Assembly: GCA_002688315.1 (NCBI GenBank)
Contig: NZCN01000010.1
Span: 7,756-71,755, forward strand
DNA: 64,000 bases
Direction: 5' to 3'
From: Candidatus Woesearchaeota archaeon
GTDB taxonomy: Archaea > Nanobdellota > Nanobdellia > Woesearchaeales > UBA10216
Shown here: positions 55,960-64,000 of the stretch, in pieces
Numbering within the stretch: position 1 is the stretch's first letter
Layout: every line of letters starts with the position of its first letter
Position numbers and translations under genes: made by a program
Notes under the pieces: model-generated
What the model saw: the letters and a program-made list of their open reading frames with translations, nothing else
What the model was told of the DNA's origin: nothing
The model's database searches: none

Positions 55960-56280
55960 AAGAAAAAAGAAGGTTTGATATTTTAAAAAAGTTCCCACTG
56001 GACACGAGAAATTGCTAATTTCTGGGCCCAATAACATACCATTAGACATTGGACATACACGGATAGAGTTTATAAAGAAGCGTTACTTTTATCATTTATA
56101 TACAAAAAAGTATGTTGAAAGTGATTAATGTAGTTAAAAATAGCGAAAAATTGAGGTTTCAAGGCTTGAAACCGCAATTCTCCACAGGAAACAAAGGGGT
56201 CATGATAACAAGGAAATACGCATTTAAAAACCGGTTTATTTATAAATGAACTAAAGATACCCTTTATAAAGGTGATTTAT

Positions 56281-56826
56281 ATGAAACACGATATAAGAGT
56301 TGTTAACATTGTTGTTAGTACTTCTTTGCAGCACGATATTCCTTTGGAAAAAATGGCTGCTACGCTATCTAACACAGAGTACAATCCAGAGCAGTTTCCT
56401 GGGCTTGTTATCAGGATAAAAGAGCCAAAGACTTCTGCACTAATTTTCAGTTCTGGAAAAGTAGTGTGCACAGGCGCTCGTTCCATGGACAAGGTCAATG
56501 AGAGCATAAAGAAAATAATAAAGAGCCTTGAAAAAATTGGAATAAAAATCAAGATAAAGCCAGAAGTTAAAATCCAAAACATAGTTGCTTCGGGGACTGT
56601 GGGCATGGACTTGAATCTGAATACTTTGGCAATGAAGCTTCGCAACACAGAGTACGAACCAGAACAATTTCCAGGACTAGTGTACAAACTTGTTGATGGT
56701 GCAACAAAAGCAACATTCCTGTTGTTTAGCAACGGCAAAGTGGTTTGCACAGGAACAAAGAGCGAAAAAGAAGTGCACTCTGCCCTAGCAAAACTTATAG
56801 CAAATCTAAAGACAGTTAAGAAGTGA
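56281..56826 (+). CDS. tbp: TATA-box-binding protein
   Basis: The internal repeat is duplicated: NTEYNPEQFPGLVIRIKEPK.SALIFSSGKVVCTGA and NTEYEPEQFPGLVYKL.....TFLLFSNGKVVCTG. Confidence 0.92.
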   Translation: MKHDIRVVNIVVSTSLQHDIPLEKMAATLSNTEYNPEQFPGLVIRIKEPKTSALIFSSGKVVCTGARSMDKVNESIKKIIKSLEKIGIKIKIKPEVKIQNIVASGTVGMDLNLNTLAMKLRNTEYEPEQFPGLVYKLVDGATKATFLLFSNGKVVCTGTKSEKEVHSALAKLIANLKTVKK

Positions 56827-56872
56827 TTTTTTATTGTATTTTAATCGTCTATCTTGACTGTAGTGGCTAAAA

Positions 56873-58891
56873 ATGGATGTTTCCGAGCAAATAAAGAGAT
56901 TTGAAGAGTTCTTTGATCAATTCTATAAGAAACAGCTACTGGTATCAATAGGAAAAGGAAATAATTTCGCTGTTGTAAATTTCAAAGACATTCTTTCTTT
57001 TGACACTAAACTTGCAGAAGAACTTCTTGAGAATCCAGAAGAAATCATTAAAGCAGCTGAAGCTGCTTTAGAGTCGCTTGACCTTCCTTCTGACATAAAA
57101 AATTTCAGAATACGGTTTAAAGACATTACTGAAACACAGAAAATAATGGTAAGCGACATAAGAAGCGCACACATAGGCAAGCTTATCAGTATCAGCGGAA
57201 TTGTAAGGCAAAAATCTGATGTTAGGCCGCAAGTGACATCTTCAAGATTTGAATGTCCGAACTGCGGGAATGTTATTTCTGTATTGCAACTGGAAAATTC
57301 TTTTAGAGAGCCAGACAAATGCGGCTGCGGAAGAAAAGGCAAGTTCAAGCCGATAAGCAAGGAACTAGTTGATGCACAGGCAATGGTTCTTGAAGAATCT
57401 CCTGACGAACTTGAAGGAGGAGAACAACCAAAGCGATTAAATGTTTTCTTAAAAGAAGATTTAGTAAGCCCGATAACAGACAAGCGCACAAATCCTGGAA
57501 GCAGAGTTATTGTAGTGGGAGTTTTAAAAGAAATTCCTGTTTTTGTAAAAGGAACTAAAAGCACAAGATTTGATTTGGTGCTTGAAGCTAATCACTCCGA
57601 AGCATTGGAAGAAGATTTCTATCAAATAGAAATATCAAAGGAAGAAGAAAAAGAAATACTTGAACTTTCTCAAGACCCGGAAGTTTATGAAAAGCTTGTG
57701 AAGTCGATAGTGCCTTCAATTCATGGTTATGACAGAATTAAGGAAGCTCTTCTGCTGCAATTACTTGGCGGAGTTCATAAAAAAAGGAATGATGGTGGAA
57801 TTTCGAGAGGAGACTGCCATATGTTATTGGTTGGAGATCCAGGAGCAGGTAAATCAGCTATTCTCAAAAGAATAACCCAAATAGCTCCAAAAGGCAGATA
57901 TGTTGCAGGAATGAGCTCTTCCAGAGCAGGACTTACTGCAGCTGTTGTAAAAGACGAATTTCTCGGAGGGTGGAGCTTAGAAGCAGGAGCACTTGTCCTA
58001 AGCAATAACGGACTAGTTGCAATAGATGAAATGGATAAAATGGGAGATGAAGACAGGTCGGCAATGCACGAAGCACTTGAGCAGCAAACTATTAGCGTAG
58101 CAAAAGCTAATATTCAAGCAACATTATCTGCAAAAACAACTGTGCTGGCTGCAGCAAACCCGAAATTCGGAAGGTTTGACCCTCATGGAATAATGGCAGA
58201 GCAGATAGACTTGCCTCCAACACTTATCAACAGGTTTGACTTAATATTTCCGATAAAAGATATTCCAGATCCTGATAATGATGAACGGCTTGCAAAACAC
58301 ATACTACAGCTCCAACAAAACCCTGAAAAGCTGGAACAGGAAATATCATCTGAATTATTAAAAAAATACATTGCTTATGCCAGACAAAACGTGTTTCCTG
58401 CACTTACGGAATCTGCATTCAATGAAATAAAAGATTTTTACGTTCAAATGAGGAATCGTGAAAGCACAGATGACAGGGCTGCACGCTCAATACCAATATC
58501 AGCAAGGCAACTGGAAGCCTTGGTAAGACTTGCAGAAGCCCATGCAAGAGTAAGATTCTCAGACAAAGTTACAAAAAAAGACGCAAGAAAAGCAATAGAA
58601 CTTCTTACGTACTGCCTGCTGCAAGTAGGCTTAGACAGGGAAACAGGAAAAATAGACATAGACAGAATAGCAACAGGAATAGGAGCATCCCAACGCGAAA
58701 GAATCTATCTTATAAGAGAAATAATGCAGGAACTTGAAGAACAAGTTGGAAAAACAATCCCGCTCGAAGACATTCAAAAACTAGCGCAAGAAAAAGGAAT
58801 GAGCGCATCTGACGTAGAAGAAAACATAGAAAAACTCAAACGCTCAGGAGACGTATTCGAGCCAAGGTTTGGGTTCTTGTCAAGAGTTTGA
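56873..58891 (+). CDS. mcm: MCM replicative helicase
   Basis: Zn motif CPNCG...CGCG, Walker A GDPGAGKS, Walker B IDEMDKM, and the arginine finger SRFDLIF-like NRFDLIF. Confidence 0.95.
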   Translation: MDVSEQIKRFEEFFDQFYKKQLLVSIGKGNNFAVVNFKDILSFDTKLAEELLENPEEIIKAAEAALESLDLPSDIKNFRIRFKDITETQKIMVSDIRSAHIGKLISISGIVRQKSDVRPQVTSSRFECPNCGNVISVLQLENSFREPDKCGCGRKGKFKPISKELVDAQAMVLEESPDELEGGEQPKRLNVFLKEDLVSPITDKRTNPGSRVIVVGVLKEIPVFVKGTKSTRFDLVLEANHSEALEEDFYQIEISKEEEKEILELSQDPEVYEKLVKSIVPSIHGYDRIKEALLLQLLGGVHKKRNDGGISRGDCHMLLVGDPGAGKSAILKRITQIAPKGRYVAGMSSSRAGLTAAVVKDEFLGGWSLEAGALVLSNNGLVAIDEMDKMGDEDRSAMHEALEQQTISVAKANIQATLSAKTTVLAAANPKFGRFDPHGIMAEQIDLPPTLINRFDLIFPIKDIPDPDNDERLAKHILQLQQNPEKLEQEISSELLKKYIAYARQNVFPALTESAFNEIKDFYVQMRNRESTDDRAARSIPISARQLEALVRLAEAHARVRFSDKVTKKDARKAIELLTYCLLQVGLDRETGKIDIDRIATGIGASQRERIYLIREIMQELEEQVGKTIPLEDIQKLAQEKGMSASDVEENIEKLKRSGDVFEPRFGFLSRV

Positions 58892-58935
58892 TTCAACACC
58901 AAACCTTTAAAAACCCGTTACTGTTTCTTTTTAAT

Positions 58936-59343
58936 ATGAGTTATGAAGAATTACTGAAGCGGGCAAGAAAAGACTTGCCAGAGCTTTCTGAAGAAGTTGC
59001 AAGGTTTGAAGTGCCTAAGGTAAGAGGGCATATTCAAGGCAATAAAACTATCATAAGCAATTTTCACCAGATTGCGCAAGCTGTAGGAAGAGACGTTGAA
59101 CACCTGCTCAAATACGTTCTGAGAGAACTAGCAACTCCAGGCGACTTAACAAGCTCTGCATTGATAGTTGGAACAAAAACTCCTGCTTCAAGAATAAATG
59201 AAAAAATACAGCAATATGTGAAAGATTTTGTTATGTGCTCTGAGTGCAACAGACCAGACACAAAACTTGTAAAAGAAGACAAAATCAATTTCATAAAGTG
59301 TTCTGTTTGTGGTGCAAAGCATCCGGTAAGAGCAAAACTATGA
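58936..59343 (+). CDS. eif2b: Translation initiation factor aIF2 subunit beta
   Basis: YEELLKRA, and a C-terminal zinc ribbon CSECNRPDT....CSVCGA. Confidence 0.9.
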   Translation: MSYEELLKRARKDLPELSEEVARFEVPKVRGHIQGNKTIISNFHQIAQAVGRDVEHLLKYVLRELATPGDLTSSALIVGTKTPASRINEKIQQYVKDFVMCSECNRPDTKLVKEDKINFIKCSVCGAKHPVRAKL

Positions 59344-59636
59344 TTCTAACAAAAGTCCATGTTGTTAACGGCAGAAAATTAGTAGCTATTTGCGATGAAG
59401 AGCTTATAGGCAAAAAATTTGAAGAAAACGACTTGCAGCTTGACTTAACAGGAAGTTTTTACAAAGGGGAGCAAGTTAATGAAGAAGAATTAAAGAAATT
59501 ATTAGAGAATGCTTATGTTGTTAATTTTGCAGGTAAAGAGTCTGTTGAGTTTGGAATAAAAAACAGTTTTATAAAGAAAGAGAATGTACTTACTGTTTCT
59601 GGTGTGCCGCATGCTCAGGCTTTTGTTATGGAGTAA
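59340..59636 (+). CDS. DUF424-family protein (conserved archaeal)
   Basis: VAICDEELIGKKFEEN...L.....FY.GE......L...L....NF.G...V......VSGVPHAQ fits my memory of COG2412/DUF424. ATGA overlap with aIF2-beta. Confidence 0.7.
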   Translation: MILTKVHVVNGRKLVAICDEELIGKKFEENDLQLDLTGSFYKGEQVNEEELKKLLENAYVVNFAGKESVEFGIKNSFIKKENVLTVSGVPHAQAFVME

Positions 59637-62600
59637 TTAACCAAACCACTTGCCTAAGCCTTCCTGCCGGTCTTTTTCTTTTCCGAAGACTTCTGCTATG
59701 CGTTGCTTTGTAAGTTCGAGAACCTGAATTAAGTATGGAGAGACTGTATATTTTTCTGCAAGGCTTACTGCAGGCTCAAGATACTTAGTAACAGTGCCCT
59801 CAGATACTGTAAATATAATTCTATTACCGCAATTATCACAATTTCCTGCTAATAATGGGCGTCTGAATTTTTTATTGCATTTAACGCAGCGGAATTGTTG
59901 GTTAGAGAACTTTCTCAGATTACCGCGAATGTCTCTGAGCAAATGTTTTTCAACAACAAGCTTTGCTACATCCTGAGAATCAACAGCGCGTATTTTCTCT
60001 GCCAGTATCATCTGGCCTTTTAATTTTTCTTCCATTGAAGGAAGAGTTTTGTAAGCACTTAATAAGACGCCAGAGTTTATGTTATCAAGCTCATGAGTAT
60101 AGCCAATCTCTTCGTATTGTTTTTCAGTATCGAGTCTTGTTCCTAAAAGCTCTATTTTCATGTTAAAAGGCATCTTATATTCAGAAGCAGCTTCGTAAAA
60201 CTCTAAAGGATACTTCCAAGCTACGTCAAACCTATGCGCCATGTCATCCACTTCTGCTGGGATAATTCTGGGAATGAGAACAAGAGGGGAATCCATTGTT
60301 TTTGCCCCTCTTGTATCAGGAAGATATTGCCTTGAAAAATTAAGTAACGCGTCCATTGCAAGAATTACACAAGCTTCATCTCCATCAGCATCGCGTCTCA
60401 TTGCAGCATGGAATAATGGATGTGCGAGCATTCCTTGTGTTTTTGAAAAACCAATTATTCTGCCAGCAACACCTGCAGATATGTGCGGGGCTAATCCAAT
60501 TACTAATTGGCCTATCAAATCTTGTTTCTTTTCAACATTATAAAAAGGTTTAAGGCCATAAAGCGTAACAAGAGCTTCGTCGATAAAGTTCGCTATTCGC
60601 AACAAAACAGTATCCGCACTGTCTTCAACAGCTTCCGGACTTGAAGGAAGTATAACATCCTGCGGTTTTATTTCAACAATTTGCTCAGGAGAAACTATTG
60701 GCTTTCCATGGATATCTTTGGTATAGCCAAACTTAACTATTGTTTCGACAGACGCTCCTATTTCACCAGGCTTGAAATGTGTTATAGGAAGTTCACTCAT
60801 ATCATATCTTGTTGTGCCGTCTTTATTTACAGAAATATTGTGTTTAGCCCGCAATATTCCTTTTAACAGATTTTCCGGGATATGATCACGGTTAGAAGTG
60901 CCTCTAACACCTTTGATAAGTTCTGGATATATTCGTTCTTTAAGTTTTTTGCATGCAGAGTTATAATAGTGTTTTATGTCTATGGCTTGTTTAATAAAGG
61001 GAGATGGATTGTGAACGCATTGTTTTATTTTACCGCAGATATCACAGTTGAATATTTGCGTAGTTTTTGCATCGCACCGTTCACAAATCTTATAAATAGT
61101 ATCTTCCTTACAACCATCACAAAAATAAGTGGGGAAATCTGTTACAATTTTTCCTATTTCAAGAGCAGACTGTATTGAACGCAAACGTCCTCCTTGTTCT
61201 CCAACCGGAAAGAGAGTGTGTGGATTTCCAATCATTTTACGCATTTTGGCTTTTTCCGGCCTGCCCATTCTTGCTCCAATAAATGTTCCGCATTTATCTC
61301 TAAGTTTAATAGAAGAGAGTTTTTTGACAACATCGAGTGTAGTTAACTGCAGATTTTCATCAACAACTTTTTTTTGTTGCTCTATGTTTGTAAGGTTTTC
61401 ATTAAGGCCTAAAGAAGCTATAAGAGCCATGCTATCCTCAGCTTCAATCACAACAAATTCTCCAGAAACTTTATGAGGAACTCCAAGAAGCTCTAATGTT
61501 CTTTTTTCTTCAGAAATTGTTAATACAAGTTTTGAGTCAGAAATTTTTGATTTACCGAGATATAAAATAAGAGATGATAGTTTGTCTGGATTAATTCCAT
61601 TCCAATAATATGTGTATCTTGGATGTAAAGGAATTTGAAGCTTTTGAGAAATAAGAATTGATTGTTTTGCAGAAGGGGCAGAAGGAAACTTGAAAGATAT
61701 ATATTCATCATACAGTTTTTTAATATCCGGCTCTTCTTCGGCAAGGTTAACATTTTCCAGTTCGCGTTTATGCCACTCTTCACAGTATCCGGCAGGAACT
61801 AAAACATGATTGCGGTCGTAAAAATCACCATATCCAACCAGTAAATCACCCAAATAAAGTATTTCAGTGACTTCTTTTGCATATTCTTTGGCTTGGACTT
61901 CTGTGTCAAATCTTAAAACACTGCCATCTGCAAGTTTAACAATAGGCCCGTCAATAGATTCGCAAGGAGTAATAGCTGCTGCTTTTCCAGGGCGCTCTAC
62001 CTTAAGTTGAGTGCCTGTTGCAACATATTTGTCTAAAACAGTTAAAGTTGCAGGGTTAATCCCTGCTGCTGAATAACCACTCATTCTTGTGTGGCCATAC
62101 CTTAATCTAAAACCACCAACTTGCAAAGGATATGTTAAAACTGGTCTGCCAGCAACCAAATCAGAAATAAAAGTATAATCTGCAATTATTTTTGAAGTTA
62201 CTTCTTCTGATTTGCTTTTTTTCTTAACTTGCAATTCAATAAATTCTTGAATAAAATCCCAATCAACATTAAACTCATTCTGAATGCGTTTTAGCTCTTT
62301 CCATAGTTTTGGCGCTTTAAGAGCAAGCATAGATACTACTAAACAAACCCCTCCGCGTATCTTATTGGTTTCAATCCTTGGCAAGTCTTTGAACTGGCTC
62401 ACTTCAAGTTTTTCAGTAGGGTTTCCGTCAATTTCAATAGGGCAATTTTTAATGAGGAACTTTATTTCATCGCTGCTTGGCCTGTATTGAAGATTGGTAA
62501 CACGCTCATGATAATCATCAAGCTCTACAGCAGCTCTGTTCTGCTCTTCAATAGTTGCGTCAAAAGCAGCATACCCGTTTTTTAGCCTAACATAATTTGC

Positions 62601-63107
62601 AACAACCAAACAAAAGGTCATTGCTGTCCCTCCAGCGCCTCTGATAGGACCAGAAAACATGGCTGAGAAATATTCCTTGCCGTCTCGTGTTTTTTTGATT
62701 TTAAGTTCTGTAAAGCCTTCTAACGGAGCTGAAACAACCCCAATAGTAAGGTAAGCAAATCCCGCCCTAATCCCTGTTTGCATGGCTTCCCGCTTATTAT
62801 CAAATTTGCAGAATTTGTTATTTGCAACTTCGTCTGCTATAACCATAGCAACTTCTAATGTAAGAGCGCCGTATTTTTTCTCTAGCTCTTCAATACGATT
62901 AGCTAAACCACTTCCAATTATTTCGGGCTTTATCGCGCTTAGTAAACCTTCAACACGCTCTGCCATGTTTTTAGTCAGAGGAATATCAACTTTTTCTTCA
63001 GGATCAAAACCTTTAGAACGGGCTTCATTAGCAACTTCATACAAGTGAGTAAGCTCTGAATCAATTTCAGAAAAATAACGTTCCATTTCAGGAGAAGCTT
63101 CTGGCAT
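59637..63107 (-). CDS. polC: DNA polymerase II (PolD) large subunit DP2
   Basis: 1156 aa. GFAYLT.GVVSAPLEG, IRGAGGTA, multiple Cys4 zinc modules, and GLAPHISAG. Confidence 0.95.
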   Translation of the reverse strand: MPEASPEMERYFSEIDSELTHLYEVANEARSKGFDPEEKVDIPLTKNMAERVEGLLSAIKPEIIGSGLANRIEELEKKYGALTLEVAMVIADEVANNKFCKFDNKREAMQTGIRAGFAYLTIGVVSAPLEGFTELKIKKTRDGKEYFSAMFSGPIRGAGGTAMTFCLVVANYVRLKNGYAAFDATIEEQNRAAVELDDYHERVTNLQYRPSSDEIKFLIKNCPIEIDGNPTEKLEVSQFKDLPRIETNKIRGGVCLVVSMLALKAPKLWKELKRIQNEFNVDWDFIQEFIELQVKKKSKSEEVTSKIIADYTFISDLVAGRPVLTYPLQVGGFRLRYGHTRMSGYSAAGINPATLTVLDKYVATGTQLKVERPGKAAAITPCESIDGPIVKLADGSVLRFDTEVQAKEYAKEVTEILYLGDLLVGYGDFYDRNHVLVPAGYCEEWHKRELENVNLAEEEPDIKKLYDEYISFKFPSAPSAKQSILISQKLQIPLHPRYTYYWNGINPDKLSSLILYLGKSKISDSKLVLTISEEKRTLELLGVPHKVSGEFVVIEAEDSMALIASLGLNENLTNIEQQKKVVDENLQLTTLDVVKKLSSIKLRDKCGTFIGARMGRPEKAKMRKMIGNPHTLFPVGEQGGRLRSIQSALEIGKIVTDFPTYFCDGCKEDTIYKICERCDAKTTQIFNCDICGKIKQCVHNPSPFIKQAIDIKHYYNSACKKLKERIYPELIKGVRGTSNRDHIPENLLKGILRAKHNISVNKDGTTRYDMSELPITHFKPGEIGASVETIVKFGYTKDIHGKPIVSPEQIVEIKPQDVILPSSPEAVEDSADTVLLRIANFIDEALVTLYGLKPFYNVEKKQDLIGQLVIGLAPHISAGVAGRIIGFSKTQGMLAHPLFHAAMRRDADGDEACVILAMDALLNFSRQYLPDTRGAKTMDSPLVLIPRIIPAEVDDMAHRFDVAWKYPLEFYEAASEYKMPFNMKIELLGTRLDTEKQYEEIGYTHELDNINSGVLLSAYKTLPSMEEKLKGQMILAEKIRAVDSQDVAKLVVEKHLLRDIRGNLRKFSNQQFRCVKCNKKFRRPLLAGNCDNCGNRIIFTVSEGTVTKYLEPAVSLAEKYTVSPYLIQVLELTKQRIAEVFGKEKDRQEGLGKWFG

Positions 63108-63146
63108 AAACTAAGAATAAAAGGATTCTTTTTATTGTTTTTGCAC

Positions 63147-64000
63147 TTATTTCCCAAAATTAATGATAGAAGCGTCTCTTGTTTTCAGGTTAATCAAAGG
63201 AAGCCGTGCTGGTTGCGGGTTATGACCAAGGCGTTCCTGGAAAGAAGTCATTGATTGCCAGCAGGAACTGTTGACTAACGTTGTTGCTTTGTAATTGGAA
63301 ACAGAAGTGCGATGGATATGCCCCGCAATAAAAAAATCAGGAACAGGATCTATAAATAAAGCATCATAGTCTAATGTTGGATTAATTAAAGTTGAAGTGT
63401 GGGCAGGAGCTAAATGACGGCGCTTCAGCAAGAAATTCATTATTAAGTCTGCTCTTTCATAACCTCCATTCATTCTTATTGAGTCAACGTTAGCAACATA
63501 ATAATCAAAGCTGTAACCGTGGTAGAGAAGGCAATTAAATCCTGAAAATCCTTCTTTTGCGCCTATTCTTATAGTTGCAGGATTGGAAACAAGCAAAACG
63601 TTCTTTAGCTTTGTTAATTCTTGAGAGAATTGGTTATTAAGAGGTGGTTGAGGCTCTGCCATTCTAACAGCATCGTGATTTCCTGGACTAATAACAATGT
63701 TAATGTGTTTAGGAATTTCAGAAAGAAGTTTTGTGCAAGTTCCATACTGTTTTTTAATATCAAGTGTTGTAAGTTCTGAGTCTTGATTGTTATAAACACC
63801 TATTCCATCAACTATATCTCCTGCAATGAGTATGTATTTTAGCTTCTCTGCAATCTTTTTTTGTTTTTGGTTTCCCGTCTCAAGGTTAACCCAACTTAAA
63901 AAACGGTTAAACTCGTCTGGCATAAATTGTTTTGAGCCAAAATGCAAATCTGACATACATGCAAGATACTCTTCATCTGGAGATTTTTTTATGTCAACAG
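63147..64000 (-). CDS. polB: DNA polymerase II (PolD) small subunit DP1 (Mre11-like phosphoesterase/exonuclease), N-terminus beyond the window
   Basis: SDLHFGSK, GDIVDG, GNHD and GH.H phosphoesterase motifs. The frame stays open upstream of the track's Met (..VDIKKSPDEEYLAC-MSDLH) through to the window edge. Confidence 0.9.
   Translation of the reverse strand, partial: VDIKKSPDEEYLACMSDLHFGSKQFMPDEFNRFLSWVNLETGNQKQKKIAEKLKYILIAGDIVDGIGVYNNQDSELTTLDIKKQYGTCTKLLSEIPKHINIVISPGNHDAVRMAEPQPPLNNQFSQELTKLKNVLLVSNPATIRIGAKEGFSGFNCLLYHGYSFDYYVANVDSIRMNGGYERADLIMNFLLKRRHLAPAHTSTLINPTLDYDALFIDPVPDFFIAGHIHRTSVSNYKATTLVNSSCWQSMTSFQERLGHNPQPARLPLINLKTRDASIINFGK

Noticed and set aside
56100-56235. 44-aa ORF (MLKVINVVKNSEKLRFQGLKPQFSTGNKGVMITRKYAFKNRFIYK) and possible C/D-box sRNA signals (ATGATAA, GTGATTA) in the tbp upstream spacer.
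   Set aside because: There is no SD-like motif or conservation evidence for the ORF. There is no proper C box (RUGAUGA) paired with a D box (CUGA).
56277-56750. 157-aa minus-strand ORF antisense to tbp. Similar long antisense ORFs occur at 56923..57564 (mcm), 51835..52407 (topA), 27983..28426 (dut), 10208..10633 (sufD), 38357..38770 (leuS) and 33030..33284 (rps11).
   Set aside because: Each lies wholly inside a gene whose product has unmistakable family motifs on the other strand. Their translations are low-complexity (rich in S, L, F and C). They are shadow ORFs, which are common in AT-rich DNA.
23783-63107. Inteins in nrdJ, mcm, topA or polD DP2, which are common intein hosts in archaea.
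   Set aside because: Protein lengths are in the intein-free range. I saw no Cys/Ser-initiated block ending in HN followed by Cys/Ser/Thr, and no internal LAGLIDADG motifs within these ORFs. The only LAGLIDADG gene (49227..50324) is free-standing and out of frame with topA.
1-64000. CRISPR arrays, rRNA genes, transposases and integrases.
   Set aside because: By eye I found no regularly spaced direct repeats of 24-40 nt. I found no rRNA-like GC-rich segments beyond the SRP RNA and the tRNA. No DDE, tyrosine-recombinase or serine-recombinase motifs appeared in any ORF.

Overview
AT-rich, densely coding archaeal chromosome fragment. Archaeal markers are PolD DP1/DP2, MCM, TBP, aIF2-beta, eL18, Rpo3/Rpo10, NAC, Sec61-beta, a type II GAPDH and an SRP RNA. 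The small-genome, low-GC look suggests a DPANN-like lineage, but that is inference only. Main blocks:
- Glycan and sugar-nucleotide genes at 1-2955 and 14624-18380.
- A suf Fe-S operon at 8052-12984.
- A glpX / aldolase-like pair.
- A ferredoxin / Nfo-like / adenylating-enzyme operon.
- A class II RNR operon: nrdJ, Cys-rich mini-ORF, pduO-type adenosyltransferase, nrdR, then dut.
- Two vapBC-like toxin-antitoxin pairs.
- The S13-S4-S11-RpoD-(tRNA-Leu)-L18e-L13-S9-RpoN cluster.
- leuS, nadK, trpS, topA, and a replication/initiation cluster (tbp, mcm, aIF2-beta, DUF424, polD).

I saw no rRNA and no CRISPR array.

Most notable observations:
1. A LAGLIDADG homing-endonuclease cassette is inserted about 12 codons into topA. 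The topA 5' end is duplicated, and the restored topA start is fused to the endonuclease stop.
2. A bacterial-type NrdR is present, with two NrdR-box-like palindromes 32 bp apart over the predicted archaeal nrdJ promoter.
3. The Cys-rich zinc-finger tail usually fused to class II RNR appears here as a separate +1-frame mini-ORF.
4. Two GC-rich structured non-coding elements are unexplained.
5. Several gene modules look bacterial: LeuRS, GlpX, SufSU and NrdR.

All functional calls come from motif recognition by eye. No database search was run.
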